Below, one piece after another: positions 1 to 10,935 of a stretch of 64,000 nucleotides of DNA. A program made the translations under genes and the position numbers. Under the pieces are notes generated by a model. That model was given only the letters and a program-made list of their open reading frames with translations, did no database searches and was not told the origin of the DNA. Positions within the stretch are counted from its first letter, which is position 1, and each line of letters begins with the position of its first letter. The stretch is from the NCBI GenBank assembly GCA_965649765.1, contig OZ287752.1, positions 46,996,001 to 47,060,000 on the forward strand, given 5' to 3'. The DNA comes from Bispira polyomma. Its lineage: Eukaryota.

Positions 1-27
1 ACATTCAACAGTCAACAGTCATCAGTG

Positions 28-190
28 TTATTAATTAAGTTGATGGGACATTGGGCAGTGATATTCATTAAGTGTTCTTTTTATTAATTAAGTTGAGGTG
101 ATTGGCCATTGGACAGTAAACAAACAATTAAGGTTTTTTTTTTTTTTATTAATTAAGTTGATGGGACATTGGACAGTGAACATTGAAGAG
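28..190. repeat. Degenerate short tandem repeat (3 copies of TTATTAATTAAGTTGA(T)GGGACATTGG.CAGT)
   Basis: Motif recurs at about 29, 81 and 146 with 52-65 bp spacing. Confidence 0.6.
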
Positions 191-271
191 TGATATTAAT
201 TTTTTTATTATTTATGTTTCCTGCCAGAAAGATTGTAAATTTGTAAGACTAAAGAAATATTTTTCAGTTAA

Positions 272-475
272 AATTGTGTTGTCTACCTTTAAATAACCCA
301 GAAATAAATTCACCACCCTGACCTCATGAACTTATAAGGCATAATAAAGCTTGGCATTCCAAAGGATGTCAAAGTCAAGTCTTTTTAGCTATAATCTTGG
401 ATTGTTTCTTGGTTCTCCTTGGTAATATCTTGGAAACCGCAGCCTCTTGGAATATTACTCTTACCCTACGCTTCC
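272..475. repeat. Dispersed repeat, copy 1 (copy 2 at about 34590-34760)
   Basis: GTGTTGTCTACCTT...AAATAAATT.ACCACCC.TGA.CTCATGAAC...CCTTGGTAAT.TCTTGGAA...CTTGGAAT is colinear in both places. Confidence 0.7.
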
Positions 476-1289
476 TTTTAGGATGTTTTTTCTCGACCGA
501 TGTCGGCCGATTATATAAGTCATTACAATATGACCAAGTGCTTCTTTTTATCATATTTGCAACACAGTTCCCAGGAACCAGGTATGAACTAGTTATTCAT
601 ATATTTATCAACAGAGAAAGATTGCGGTTCATAATTTTATTAGTACACTACAGGGTTAAAACTACTATGTACAGTTTCTCATTAAGAAGAGGGGCATAAG
701 GTAACCTTAAGAAAGCAACAAATTTTAAGGTCACCATAGAACAAGGGATTGTCAAGATGAGGTTACCCTAAGTGAGATTTCAAATTTAAGTTAGGGTGAC
801 CATAAGTTAGGAACAGAAAAAGGTGACCATAAATGGAATTTAAGTTTAAGAAATTCAATTCTTTGAAGAGCCATGACCTAATCGAACAGTTCTATAAAGT
901 GTGTCCATCAAATGCTATTAATATAATGAATGGAAGATTAGTTTTTTGGGCCTTATATAGTGACCTGTCCAGATTTCCTTATCTTAATCCCCTGCCAAAT
1001 ACCTCAGGATATGTCACGATCCTGACCAAAAACCCTGCTGATCAGCAAATTGTATTGAGCATGTAGTCAAATGTACAAGGTACACACAATACACACATGT
1101 CTTGCAATGATCGCAGCGAGTGATAGATCGCAATACACAAAACCTAATGCGGTTGTGCAGCTGGAAAAAAAACGCAATGGTTACTTATACAAGCACCCAT
1201 AAATTGTACGGTCGTGTAGCTTCAAAGTAAACATTTAATGATCATGTTACACTCCCCCTCATAATTAGCATGACCATATTTGGAAGGCC

Positions 1290-1420
1290 AGAGCATGTGG
1301 GAAATTTCACCTGGCAGCAAACTGTGAGTGATTTCCACTTGTTTGGTGTCTGCAGGCATTTCCAGACCTCGGCACGATATTCCTCATGTATCGCAACGCA
1401 CACTTCCCTGGTCATTTTTT
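1290..1420 (-). mobile_element. PIF/Harbinger transposase fragment
   Basis: REVCVAIHEEYRAEVWKCLQTPNKWKS resembles the Harbinger 'EVC.AI.EEY..EV..CP.TP..WK' segment. It is the same region as AIINEFQEEFLS*PTSPEDWKK encoded at about 10200-10290. Confidence 0.6.
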
Positions 1421-1519
1421 GAGATTGTAATGATTCTATTACACTCCTCCTCATATGTAGCATGACCATATTTGGATTTTTGGGGTGATCAACGTACATT
1501 TTTATCACAGGGGGTAAGC

Positions 1520-1885
1520 AGTCAAAATCGAAAGGCCAACGTAAAAGTGGGAGTCTCCCTTTAGGTAGTTGTCCACGTGGGTGGGTATGTTTAGCTAAAA
1601 GGTAATTAATTGGGTCTGATCTGGTCCCTAGGTCCCTATTATAGTCAAGAGGGAACCTAAACTTTATCAGCAAGGAGAGTTCCCAGTCTTAGTAGTCTTT
1701 GAGATATGCCCCCCATAAGTTGTGACTTAAGAGGTACTTTAAGAGGTACAAGTATTGGTCAGTGGAGCGGTCAGTAATTATGTCCCCCATGTCACTGAGA
1801 GGAATAAAACTGAATTTTAATTTGTTTTTAATGTCCCAGAGTTTTTAAGTATTACAGTGAGAGGCCAACGTATACTTGTCATATT
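1520..1885 (-). mobile_element. Degenerate Ngaro/DIRS-type pol N-terminal remnant
   Basis: DKYTLASHCNT*KLWDIKNKLKFSFIP aligns to DKYVLD...CDTFKLWDLQNSMKFGFIP of ORF 29871-30749. It is followed by GAYLKDY*DWELSLLIKFRFPLDY and PTHVDNYLK, typical pre-RT motifs of this class. Confidence 0.7.
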
Positions 1886-2007
1886 GTACATTATCAGGGG
1901 GAAAGTACAGGAATTAACATCTAAATATATTTAAAATCACTTTTGAAACACAGCTACTTACAAAAATGGTTTACCTACATTAATAATAATAGGTAACATT
2001 TAAAAAC

Positions 2008-2103
2008 TGGGTACTCTGGCCTAAAGGCCCTTGTACTCCATTAAGTTTACATAATGGAGTACAAGGGCCTTTAGGCCAGAGTACCCATTAAGTTTACATA
2101 ATG
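2008..2103. repeat. Perfect 36-bp inverted repeat with 8-nt loop plus 19-bp direct duplication
   Basis: TGGGTACTCTGGCCTAAAGGCCCTTGTACTCCATTA (2008-2043) is the exact reverse complement of 2052-2087. CCATTAAGTTTACATAATG occurs at 2038-2056 and 2085-2103. Confidence 0.95.
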
Positions 2104-3489
2104 TAGGGCCACTTGATTTTTATATAATAACCCTTTTTAGTGTGGTGTGTTTAATACTTTTTTGGTGTCACAAGGTGTGTATCTATTATAAAACCCATCC
2201 CAACTAAAACAACATTTTTGAATGAAAATTGAAATTAAATTAAGAATGCTTCTTTAAATATTTACTTTATTAAATGGTAGAAAATAATGACACTTCAATG
2301 GCAATGCATATTGCTTGGGTTTTATAACAAGTTGATAATATTAGTCAACAATTTTTTCCAAAAATGTCTTCCTCTCCCCAAGGTTAGAATGTTAATGACC
2401 CCCAATAGCATATTCCTAGTTAAATTGGGATTGACAGAAAAAAGAGGATAGGCACTAGAAGAAAGCACTGACCTGTGGCCTGCTGATAAAGACTATACTG
2501 CTTGGACATGACTGACCCTAAATGCCTGGAGCCCACACTCTCGTGAGAGGGGGGTGGTTAATACTGCAAACCTGTTACAGAGAGTGAGGGGGACAACTCT
2601 CTTCTATTTTGCGCAGGCGGCCCCGGCCAGCACGTTGATTGTTGATTTGAAATTCCACTTATTACTGACAATAGTTAGACTGCACTGACTGTGCTCCCCC
2701 CCCTCACCCCGCACTTGTTGGGGCAACAGTTAAAAGGTTTATTGCCTTGGGTACTTAATAAAGTAGCGTTCTTTGCAAATTCTCTACCTGTGTATTAATG
2801 GAGTAAGATCACTATTAATTTTGTAATATAATAACTTATAGCCTTTTGCACTTTACTGAAGTCCAGCGAAGTGCTGGCCCAACAAATCATGTATCAAAAT
2901 AAACATCAATCCTAGCCTGACATATCGGTATAAATGAAAACAGGTCTGAACTGTTGATTTTTTGAGATATCTTCAAAAATATAGGACTAGGTGATTTCCT
3001 GTCAAATCCAAGAGAACCGAACATTACAGAAAGTCCCTTAAACAAATAGCTTCTGAAGATTCATTTTGGTGAATTAGCTTTCGGAATGCATTTGAAATTA
3101 TTAAGTAGTCATTCCTGTTTAATATCTGTGAATATTCACCAAAGTTATAATTGTTTACTATGTTTATGAAGTTTAGTTGCAACTCTATCCATTATTTTCG
3201 TTTCTACCTTAAATACTCTGTAACCAGCAAGCTGGAAATAGTAAAATGACTCCAAATTATCATAAGAATTGACTTTATTTTGTCTCCCAACATCGCTCAC
3301 CGTCACATTATTTATATGCTGATATTTTTTACTGACATAATGGTTGTTTTACAATTGATGATCTTTGAGTTATACACATATTCTGTCCTAAAATAACATT
3401 TACTCTCTTCTTTTCTCTCAATTTTCACTGCATTTCTGTAATGAACACCTTGTTTTTTGTGGCCGATTTTTTAACACACGATTTTGTGC

Positions 3490-4495
3490 GAACCCTCACA
3501 TGTCTCACACATTTAAGTGCTTAAACAGGTGGCCAGCTGTTCTAGGGCTGCTAGTAAACTTGCATGTCCCCTCCTGAAAGAATCAGTTTTTAGCCTGAGA
3601 TTTGTTGGCACTGACTTTATATGCCTCGAAGTACTGGGGGCCTTTGCTGTTGGGAATGTGGTGCTGAGCGTGAGCCTGACAGATCTTATCCGCCTTGTCC
3701 ATGTCTGTCCACTTCAAATGATCCAATTCTACGTTGGTGAGGAAAATTGTATAGTACACCTTTGCAACATGCCACAAGATGTGTTGGTCGTCGTCCAGTT
3801 AGCCAGTTAATCCAGCATGGCCTCACCAATTTCCGTGGACTACTGTTCTTTTATACATCGAACAAAGACAGCCGTGAATTGCACTAGTGATAAATCATCC
3901 TAAGTGAGTTAAACTTTCTTGACATCAGATACTCAAGTATTGTCTACACTTGCCTCTTAAGAGCTGAATGGACACGGCGCCACCTCCGTGACTTGATCTC
4001 GCTGATCCATGCTGTCCATCTTATGGTTAATGGCCTACAATTGTAGTAGAATCTGACTAGACATGGAAGAGTCGTCCGTGGACACAGAATGGTCAGTGTG
4101 GGTCGCTTCATCAGTGACATCGTCTTTCACTACTCCAGCAGGCACCATGTGCATTGCCTTTTGACCTTGAACACAATGTTCCCCCGTGGGGCATGTGATC
4201 CTGCACACTTTTTACAGTTATACTTCTTTGCTTTAGGCATGACCAAGAAAATAATTCAGAAACTAAAAAAAGGGTAGATTAAAATCAAATTCCCCAAACT
4301 TGTAAAACACTCTATCCTTTGGCCAAATTTTTCAATAATGGGGCTGATAAAGGCACCAATGCTTTATATACTTGTTCCCATGACCCTGGTGGTCTAATTA
4401 ATCACATAGGACTGGCACCAGAACTGAGGGTGGTGCCTTCTCACCCCACCACAATGAGAAGCCAGTCACACAAAGCACATTAAGGGAAATTTATT
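3490..4495 (-). mobile_element. Degenerate Ngaro/DIRS-type gag and 5' region remnant
   Basis: WHVAKVYYTIFLTNVELDHLKWTDMDKADKICQAHAQHHIP aligns with gag WEAAKASHAILLTNMELDRLQWTDVDKVDRIRRAHAQRHIP (30731-31411). DNA at 4350-4490 is colinear with 31775-31925. Confidence 0.8.
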
Positions 4496-5252
4496 CTAAA
4501 ACAATTTTTTAATACATTACTATAGTTAAACATCACAGCTACTACTATCTATCTATATAGTTTAAGTTTACTTAAAATTTACTGAGACTGAGGTGACCCC
4601 AGAATTTTTAAACTAAAGGGTGACATAACTTGAGTTAAGGTCACCTTAAGTTAAACAGGAGTGTTTTATTTTTTGCCATTAATTGTGATTAATTTCACTT
4701 TAAAAATTATAATATTTTAGTTAAAGTATATAAGAAAAATATATATGTAATGTATACTAATAAATTGCCACAGGTTACTAAAAGGTTAATCTAAGATATA
4801 AATATACAGATTGTTGGTATATGTAAACAATGTAAACAAAAGATACAATATAGAAACATTAACCTGTAATTATGTAAATATCTGCTTCAAATGAATGATT
4901 TAAGATATATATAAGTAAGCTTGGAATAAAGTGCCTCGTAACATCTTCTGGGTGAATCTGTTCGGATTCAATATTTTTTTGGTTGTATTTCCTTACTCAT
5001 AACAATAATAAGCTCAGTCAGTGAGGCTTCAGACTATGCACACGTGGGTCACATTGACTGTTTCTTGCTTTTTGTCGCTCTTTCTGCATCTATGCCCCAA
5101 TGACCGTTAGCCACTACAAGCAGCTTTTTTGTTTAAAAATTGTTTCACACGACCCAAAAGGGGCACCCTTCACTCAATATACACACAAAAAAGACATGAT
5201 TCAAATATGTGACTATGATTAAATGAACATGACACAGGTTCTCATCTGCTAA

Positions 5253-5836
5253 TGGTACTGTTCCACTATCACAAACGGTCCGGGAAAGGCCCCAAATATA
5301 TAAGATCGTGAGCAATCATTGACATTTCCCCACGATCTTTTAAGAAAAGGGCTGGAAAATGCATCACCATGATCGGTAAGATAAGTCATAAGACCGCCCT
5401 GATAAGTCGTAAGTATTATGATCAATTGGCCCAATTTGTGTTCATGATCACATTTTACTAGAGATAAGTCGTTCGAATCCCCCGACCTCCGTGATAAGTC
5501 ATTAGCATTAAGACCGATCAGCCTGATTTGTCGTAAGGATCACATTTTTTGCTCCTGACCTCCCCGAGTGCTCAAGATACTGCTTACGATCCAATAGATT
5601 GGAAATAATTTTCAAACAATTTAGAGGAAGATTGAACAGATAGGTTGTTAGAAGGTAATGATAAGTCGTTAGTGGGTTATGATTGGCCATGATTGATCGG
5701 CCGTGCCACCCGTATTCGACCTCCCCAACCAATTAGAAACAGTAAGTTGTTGGAAGCAACCAACCTCCCCGATAATTGTCCCGATTTTATAATCATAACA
5801 ATGGGGGGCCATGATCGGCATAGTGGAAGAGGGGTA
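5253..5836 (+). mobile_element. Non-autonomous PIF/Harbinger element (MITE, 584 bp)
   Basis: Imperfect 17-bp TIRs TGGTACTGTTCCACTAT / ATAGTGGAAGAGGGGTA with flanks TAA / TCA. Internal GATAAGTCGT repeats. The first ~200 bp match the reverse complement of the 45950-46129 end of a transposase-bearing copy. Confidence 0.8.
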
Positions 5837-6194
5837 TCAGTTATATCGTAGGGAGAAGGAGAGAACGCCGTCTAAGATCCTGACTCCTTTTATTGTGTAC
5901 ATTGTAGTTATTCTACATGTGCTAGTATGTTTATCTTGTGTGATTGTAATTTCACCTTCTGTGCACCAAGTATTATGGTAATTTGGAAAAACCGAATTTC
6001 CTGCAATGGCCGTGGCGATCATAGACGTTCATTGGCCACTGGGGATTTCAGACAGAATTTGTTGTCTGTATATTAAATACATCACAGGTTTATTGTGAGT
6101 CCGGCTTATTGCAGCACACGTACAGGCATTGTTTGCGTAACTAGCTAAAGTGTAGGCCGGCATAAGGGGGTAACATATGTGGTTAGGAAACAAG

Positions 6195-6480
6195 CGGGAA
6201 AAGTACTCTCCTGAGTGTCCAGGCATTCTGTTAGAATAATAACAGGGATAGGATCCAGTTCACAGGATTTGATAGAGTTTTAGAACATCATTCTCAAAAA
6301 GTGTGTGGAAATGGGACACACATCATTGATCACTCTGGTCGACTAATGATGACTTTAATATTAAAATTCTCTTGCGTAATAGTTTTGCATGGAAGGTTGA
6401 GGGTTTTTAGGAAATTTTTTCCTTGAAGGCTGATAAGGAAGAAATTGGAAATTATTGAAAACCATTGGAAATTTCCGAGC
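6195..6480 (-). mobile_element. L2/CR1-type LINE ORF2 fragment
   Basis: The minus strand around 6210-6270 encodes KSCELDPIPVIILTECLD, the typical pre-RT motif of L2/CR1 elements. Boundaries are approximate. Confidence 0.5.
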
Positions 6481-7547
6481 GATACTTTCAAATTATGAAT
6501 ATGGTTGGATATTAAGAACTTCACAAGGGAGGGTGTTCTTAACAAAGATACCATCCCCACCTCCACGCCTGTGAGGCCAAGGCGAGTGAAGCAACTTGTC
6601 TCAGATATGCAAGACACATTAATCAAATATAATGATCATAGCTATAGGGTGGATTCTTCCCTTGTGTTTTAATTTTAGAAAGTATCCTAGCTTCAATTCA
6701 GGCTAAATATTGTAATACATTTCCCATTTATAAGTAGTACATTATAAACGATACAACATACCAATAGAACATAGAAATACCAATACGTTTTATATTTTAC
6801 TTATGAACATATTTACAGAAAATTTTCACCATTGAGAACACCAGTATATCAAGGAAGGCTACCAGGACGCTTGTATGTTACTTAAATAGACTGCAAAAAT
6901 TAAACAACCTCTCTTATCGACAAACAACATGTCACCTCAACTACTAATAGTACTGTCATACATAGATAGATACTCTTTTCTGCGGATGTGCAGTCAAGAG
7001 TTACATGTGAAGAGCATCAGACCTGGACACAGTGCTCCCTCTGTTTTTGATGCATGTCCAGTTACCTGCAGATCCAGTGACTTGTGGAGTCAATGCATTT
7101 TCTTTACATCTCTAGAGTTTTAAATACAACTGATTATTGATCAGCCCCTTAAGATAGAAGGTTTTATCTTTTTCTACTCTAGATATTACTCATTTTAAAA
7201 CTTTTTAAAGAACAGTGAGAGTGGTAAATTTTTTTATTTAAATATAGTCTGGATAAGTTTTAATGTACTACAGTTCCAAGGGAACATTGACTCTATTAAA
7301 GTCTGTCATTGTTACATATCTAAATACAGACAAAAAACTATTATCTAAAGTTTACAGCCTTGGCATGGCTACTAAAAGTAAAGTTAGCAACAAAGAAAGA
7401 ACCACTTCATTTATTGTCCCTAGTTATTGGGCCCTGTGAGCCTTGACTTCACTGCATTATAATAAATAGTTTTACTACATTATTCTTGGTTATATGTTTA
7501 TCCCATAAGTACTGTTGTACTCGTAACAACAGCTCTACTTTGTGCAG

Positions 7548-8108
7548 TTTATTCTATACATATTTTGTGTTTGACTAACAAGCTAACCAACAACAGATGC
7601 ACACTATTCTATACATATTTTGTGTGTGTCTGTAACAAGCTAACCAACAACAGATGCACACTATTCTATACATATTTTGTGTGTGTCTGTGACAAGTTAA
7701 CCAACAACAGATGTACACTATTCTACACATATTTTGTGTTTGACTAACAAGCTAACCAACAACAGATGCACACTATTCTATACATATTTTGTGTGTGTCT
7801 GTAACAAGCTAACCAACAACAGATGCACACTATTCTATACATATTTTGTGTGTGTCTGTGACAAGTTAACCAACAACAGATGTACACTATTCTACACATA
7901 TTTTGTGTTTGACTAACAAGCTAACCAACAACAGATGCACACTATTCTATACATATTTTGTGTGTGTCTGTAACAAGCTAACCAACAACAGATGCACACT
8001 ATTCTATACATATTTTGTGTGTGTCTGTGACAAGTTAACCAACAACAGATGTACACTATTCTACACATATTTTGTGCTTGACTAACAAGCTAACCAACAA
8101 CAGATGCA
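7548..8108. repeat. Minisatellite, ~55-57 bp monomers in a 169-bp higher-order unit (~3.3 copies)
   Basis: Near-identical 60-aa pseudo-ORFs start at 7565, 7734 and 7903 (period 169). Monomer core is ACAAGCTAACCAACAACAGATGCACACTATTCTATACATATTTTGTG. Confidence 0.95.
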
Positions 8109-8210
8109 ACTTGTTGAAACTTAAAAGAAGTTGTGTTGACAAACTATTCTGTGATTGTCCGACATATTATGTCAACAGTACTGTGAGTCTTTTAATAAAG
8201 GGTACACAGT

Positions 8211-8795
8211 TTATTCAAAGTACACAGCATGAACGGTGGCAATAACATAGAAGTTATCTTTCTCCAGACTGACCGTGGCGAAAGTATCATTCTTCGTGTC
8301 CCAGATACATCGACTAAAAAACCCTACTCCTTGGCCAGAATTCTCAGCAATAGTGAGATTACAGACAAACTTATAGCGGTTGAAGCCCAGTGTCTTGACT
8401 TTGTCCATGATGAGTGTGGACACAGTGGTGCTCAACTCGCGGGCTGTTTCCACCTCATAACTGTAGTTTGCGAAGGCCACATTCAGTACCTCTGAGATCT
8501 CCCTTTTAACTAAGTGGGTTTGGAAGTAGTGGCCTGGCTCCACACGGTACGAGTTTTCATACTTTGTGGGCAGTGTACTGCCATGGGTGCTGGCACTGTC
8601 CGACTGGTTTTTCTGGCCTTTGAGTTTGACAAAGGTGCGTACAAGTGATGCTGCCTTGAGGAGGCGTGTTTTTGAGGCCCCTGTAAGAGCTGGCTTTTTG
8701 CTGTCTCCTGTCAGTAGAGTGGCCAGCTGTGGAGCCCCTCCGGACCTGCTCCTGTCTGCAGCTGTGTGGCCTCCACTCTCCTCTTTTTTAGACAT
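8211..8795 (-). CDS. TCTEX1D1: Tctex1-domain dynein light chain (TCTEX1D1/DYNLT5-like), single coding exon, 194 aa
   Basis: Contains YENSYRVEP, DKVKTLGFNRYKFVC, GQGV..SRCIWD..ND.FA and terminal VHAVYFE motifs of the Tctex-1 family, with an N-terminal low-complexity extension. ATG start. AATAAA overlaps the stop and ATTAAA lies ~15 nt downstream on the minus strand. The exact paralogue assignment is uncertain. Confidence 0.9.
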   Translation of the reverse strand: MSKKEESGGHTAADRSRSGGAPQLATLLTGDSKKPALTGASKTRLLKAASLVRTFVKLKGQKNQSDSASTHGSTLPTKYENSYRVEPGHYFQTHLVKREISEVLNVAFANYSYEVETARELSTTVSTLIMDKVKTLGFNRYKFVCNLTIAENSGQGVGFFSRCIWDTKNDTFATVSLEKDNFYVIATVHAVYFE

Positions 8796-9709
8796 TTGGC
8801 TGACTTAAAAATCAAATCCCTGGTAATGTATCCACCACAAGACAGGAACTTTAACACTTGGCAACCTGTTCATTAACAAACTGTTCACACAAACTAGTGG
8901 TCCTTGTGAAGGTAGATCACACTACAGTCTACTGCTTTTCATGACAAACACTTGTAAATCTAACACCATCTACTAATATGACAGTGTTGTGTTAGCTAAC
9001 AACTTAATGTCCAATATCAGCGGTTAGACTAAAGCTATTTTTATGAACTGTGGGTCACTGAATCAAATTATATAAGGCTTTCAACTGCAATGCAAACAGT
9101 ACAAGGGATAATCGTTTACCACAACTTTAATAAAATCGACTACTTTCATAAAAGTGGATTACTGGTTTTTGGAGTACTTGTCGATCTGATTAATTTATAC
9201 AACACACTGAAATTAATTCAGCGTAACTAACCAGAAGAATATAATCTAATATTTCATTTAATTGGATTTCGGAAATCACACTTTTCCACAAACGAATTTA
9301 GTTTAAAGGTCCAAGTCAAGATGTATGATATATATAATATAGCTAAGTTAACACAGAAAACATTGCGGTAATAATTTTATTATTTACTAAATTAGTAAAA
9401 TCTACTTATGTTGTATATACAGTTTAAGGTTACAATGAATGCATAAGGTGAACATAAATTAAGCTTATGAATTTGATGAAATTGCCTAAATTTCAAAGGT
9501 AAGTATGAAGTGAGATAAAATAGTACCTTATGTACTAGCTAAATGTAAGGTGACCTTATGCATAGAGACAGTAATACTTCTTTTACTGCCAATTTCTATA
9601 CTGAAGTATGACATGAATAATTGCAAAGAATGTAATTGAAACTGACACATAGAATGTGTCACACCTACATAGACTCAATGATAAATTTAAAGTATGTGTG
9701 AATTATTGA

Positions 9710-10935
9710 TAGCCCTGTTCCACTATGCTGAGGGAAGCCCGTTACGACTGAGCGTTTCGGTCAAACTCAGGGACATAATCTTAGAGGTTGTTGAGGTTGT
9801 ATGACTTATCTATGGTACTCGGGACAGTCAAACTCTTAACCTCTGTACTAGGAAGAGTTTCATGAGCCAGGTCTTCAGTGTAAAGGCATCATCTCTAAGA
9901 ATAAAGATGGGGACGGGGGCCTAAAAGGGCTTATCGGTTCAGGAGGGGGGAAAGTTGATAGACTGATCTTCTATCTTCTCTTCAGTTCTGACTTATTGAA
10001 TATTTGTGAATCTGAGCAGGACCCACTAGATCCCAGATCGACCCACAGGAACCTGTACTCTGTGTCCACCAAGGCCAGCATCACTATGGAATGGAAGCCT
10101 TTGTAGTTTAAATATTCACTGCCCCTTTTCTTGGACATTGAATGGCTATATCTTTTCCATCTATGGCCCCCAGGGCATTTGGTACATTCCATGTATTTCT
10201 AAAGACAGTCTCGACCTTCTTCCAATCCTCTGGGCTGGTGGGTCAGGATAGAAATTCTTCCTGGAACTCATTTATGATGGCCTGGAAAACTAGTGGCAAA
10301 GACTTAGTGATGCTTGACCTGCCCACTACAAAAGAGTGATGCAGTGATGTGTATGACTCCCCAGTTGCCAAATGCCTTAAAGTTATAGCTAGGAGACAGT
10401 AGATTTCTGAACTAGGTAGACTAGGTGTTTCTTTATCATGTGTTCCACCCTCCTCTCCTTCCTGGAATATTTCGGGGGGCATCCTCAGAAAATTCCTGTA
10501 AGACTGGACATCTTGAATCGCCATGCATGGCAGAAGTGCTGTGAATTGACCATGTTCTTCCCATAAGCGTTGACCTGACCCAGAGCAAACGTCTTGCTCT
10601 TACTCTTCTGCCAATGCCCAGGATTTGGTTGCGGACAGTCGGGAGGGGGCCTGAGTTATCCTTGAGTACAAAGAAAAGGTTGTGGTGTGGTTACGACTTA
10701 CTTTTTTTTGGTTGTTACTAGCTGGAATGACTTATCGTCACTTGGAGAGGTCTGGGTCATAGACATTTGGTTCTGGCAGCTAATCTGGCTGATTTACCGC
10801 AATATCAAAAATTAGTATACTTAGTTGGCGCAAATCTTCCCATGTTTTTTACACATGGGGCAGATTGCTCACAATTGACCCTGATCACATTATCAGGGCC
10901 TCTGCCTAACTAGTCTTGATAGTGGAAGAGTACCA
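9710..10935 (-). mobile_element. Internally deleted PIF/Harbinger element with transposase pseudogene
   Basis: TIRs TAGCCCTGTTCCACTAT / ATAGTGGAAGAGTACCA with flanks TGA / TAA. Fragments YRNFLRMPPE, LAITLRHLATGESY, NYKGFHSIVMLALVD.EYRFLWVDLG..GS.SD.QIFN. Stops and frameshifts are present. Confidence 0.92.

Noticed and set aside
5140-5185. Weak inverted similarity to 46290-46340 beside two Harbinger 5' ends
   Set aside because: Short and low identity, with orientation inconsistent with the main element's termini. Cannot be distinguished from chance without alignment statistics.
7565-8085. Three near-identical 60-aa ORFs
   Set aside because: Products of the 169-bp tandem repeat, with GTG starts.
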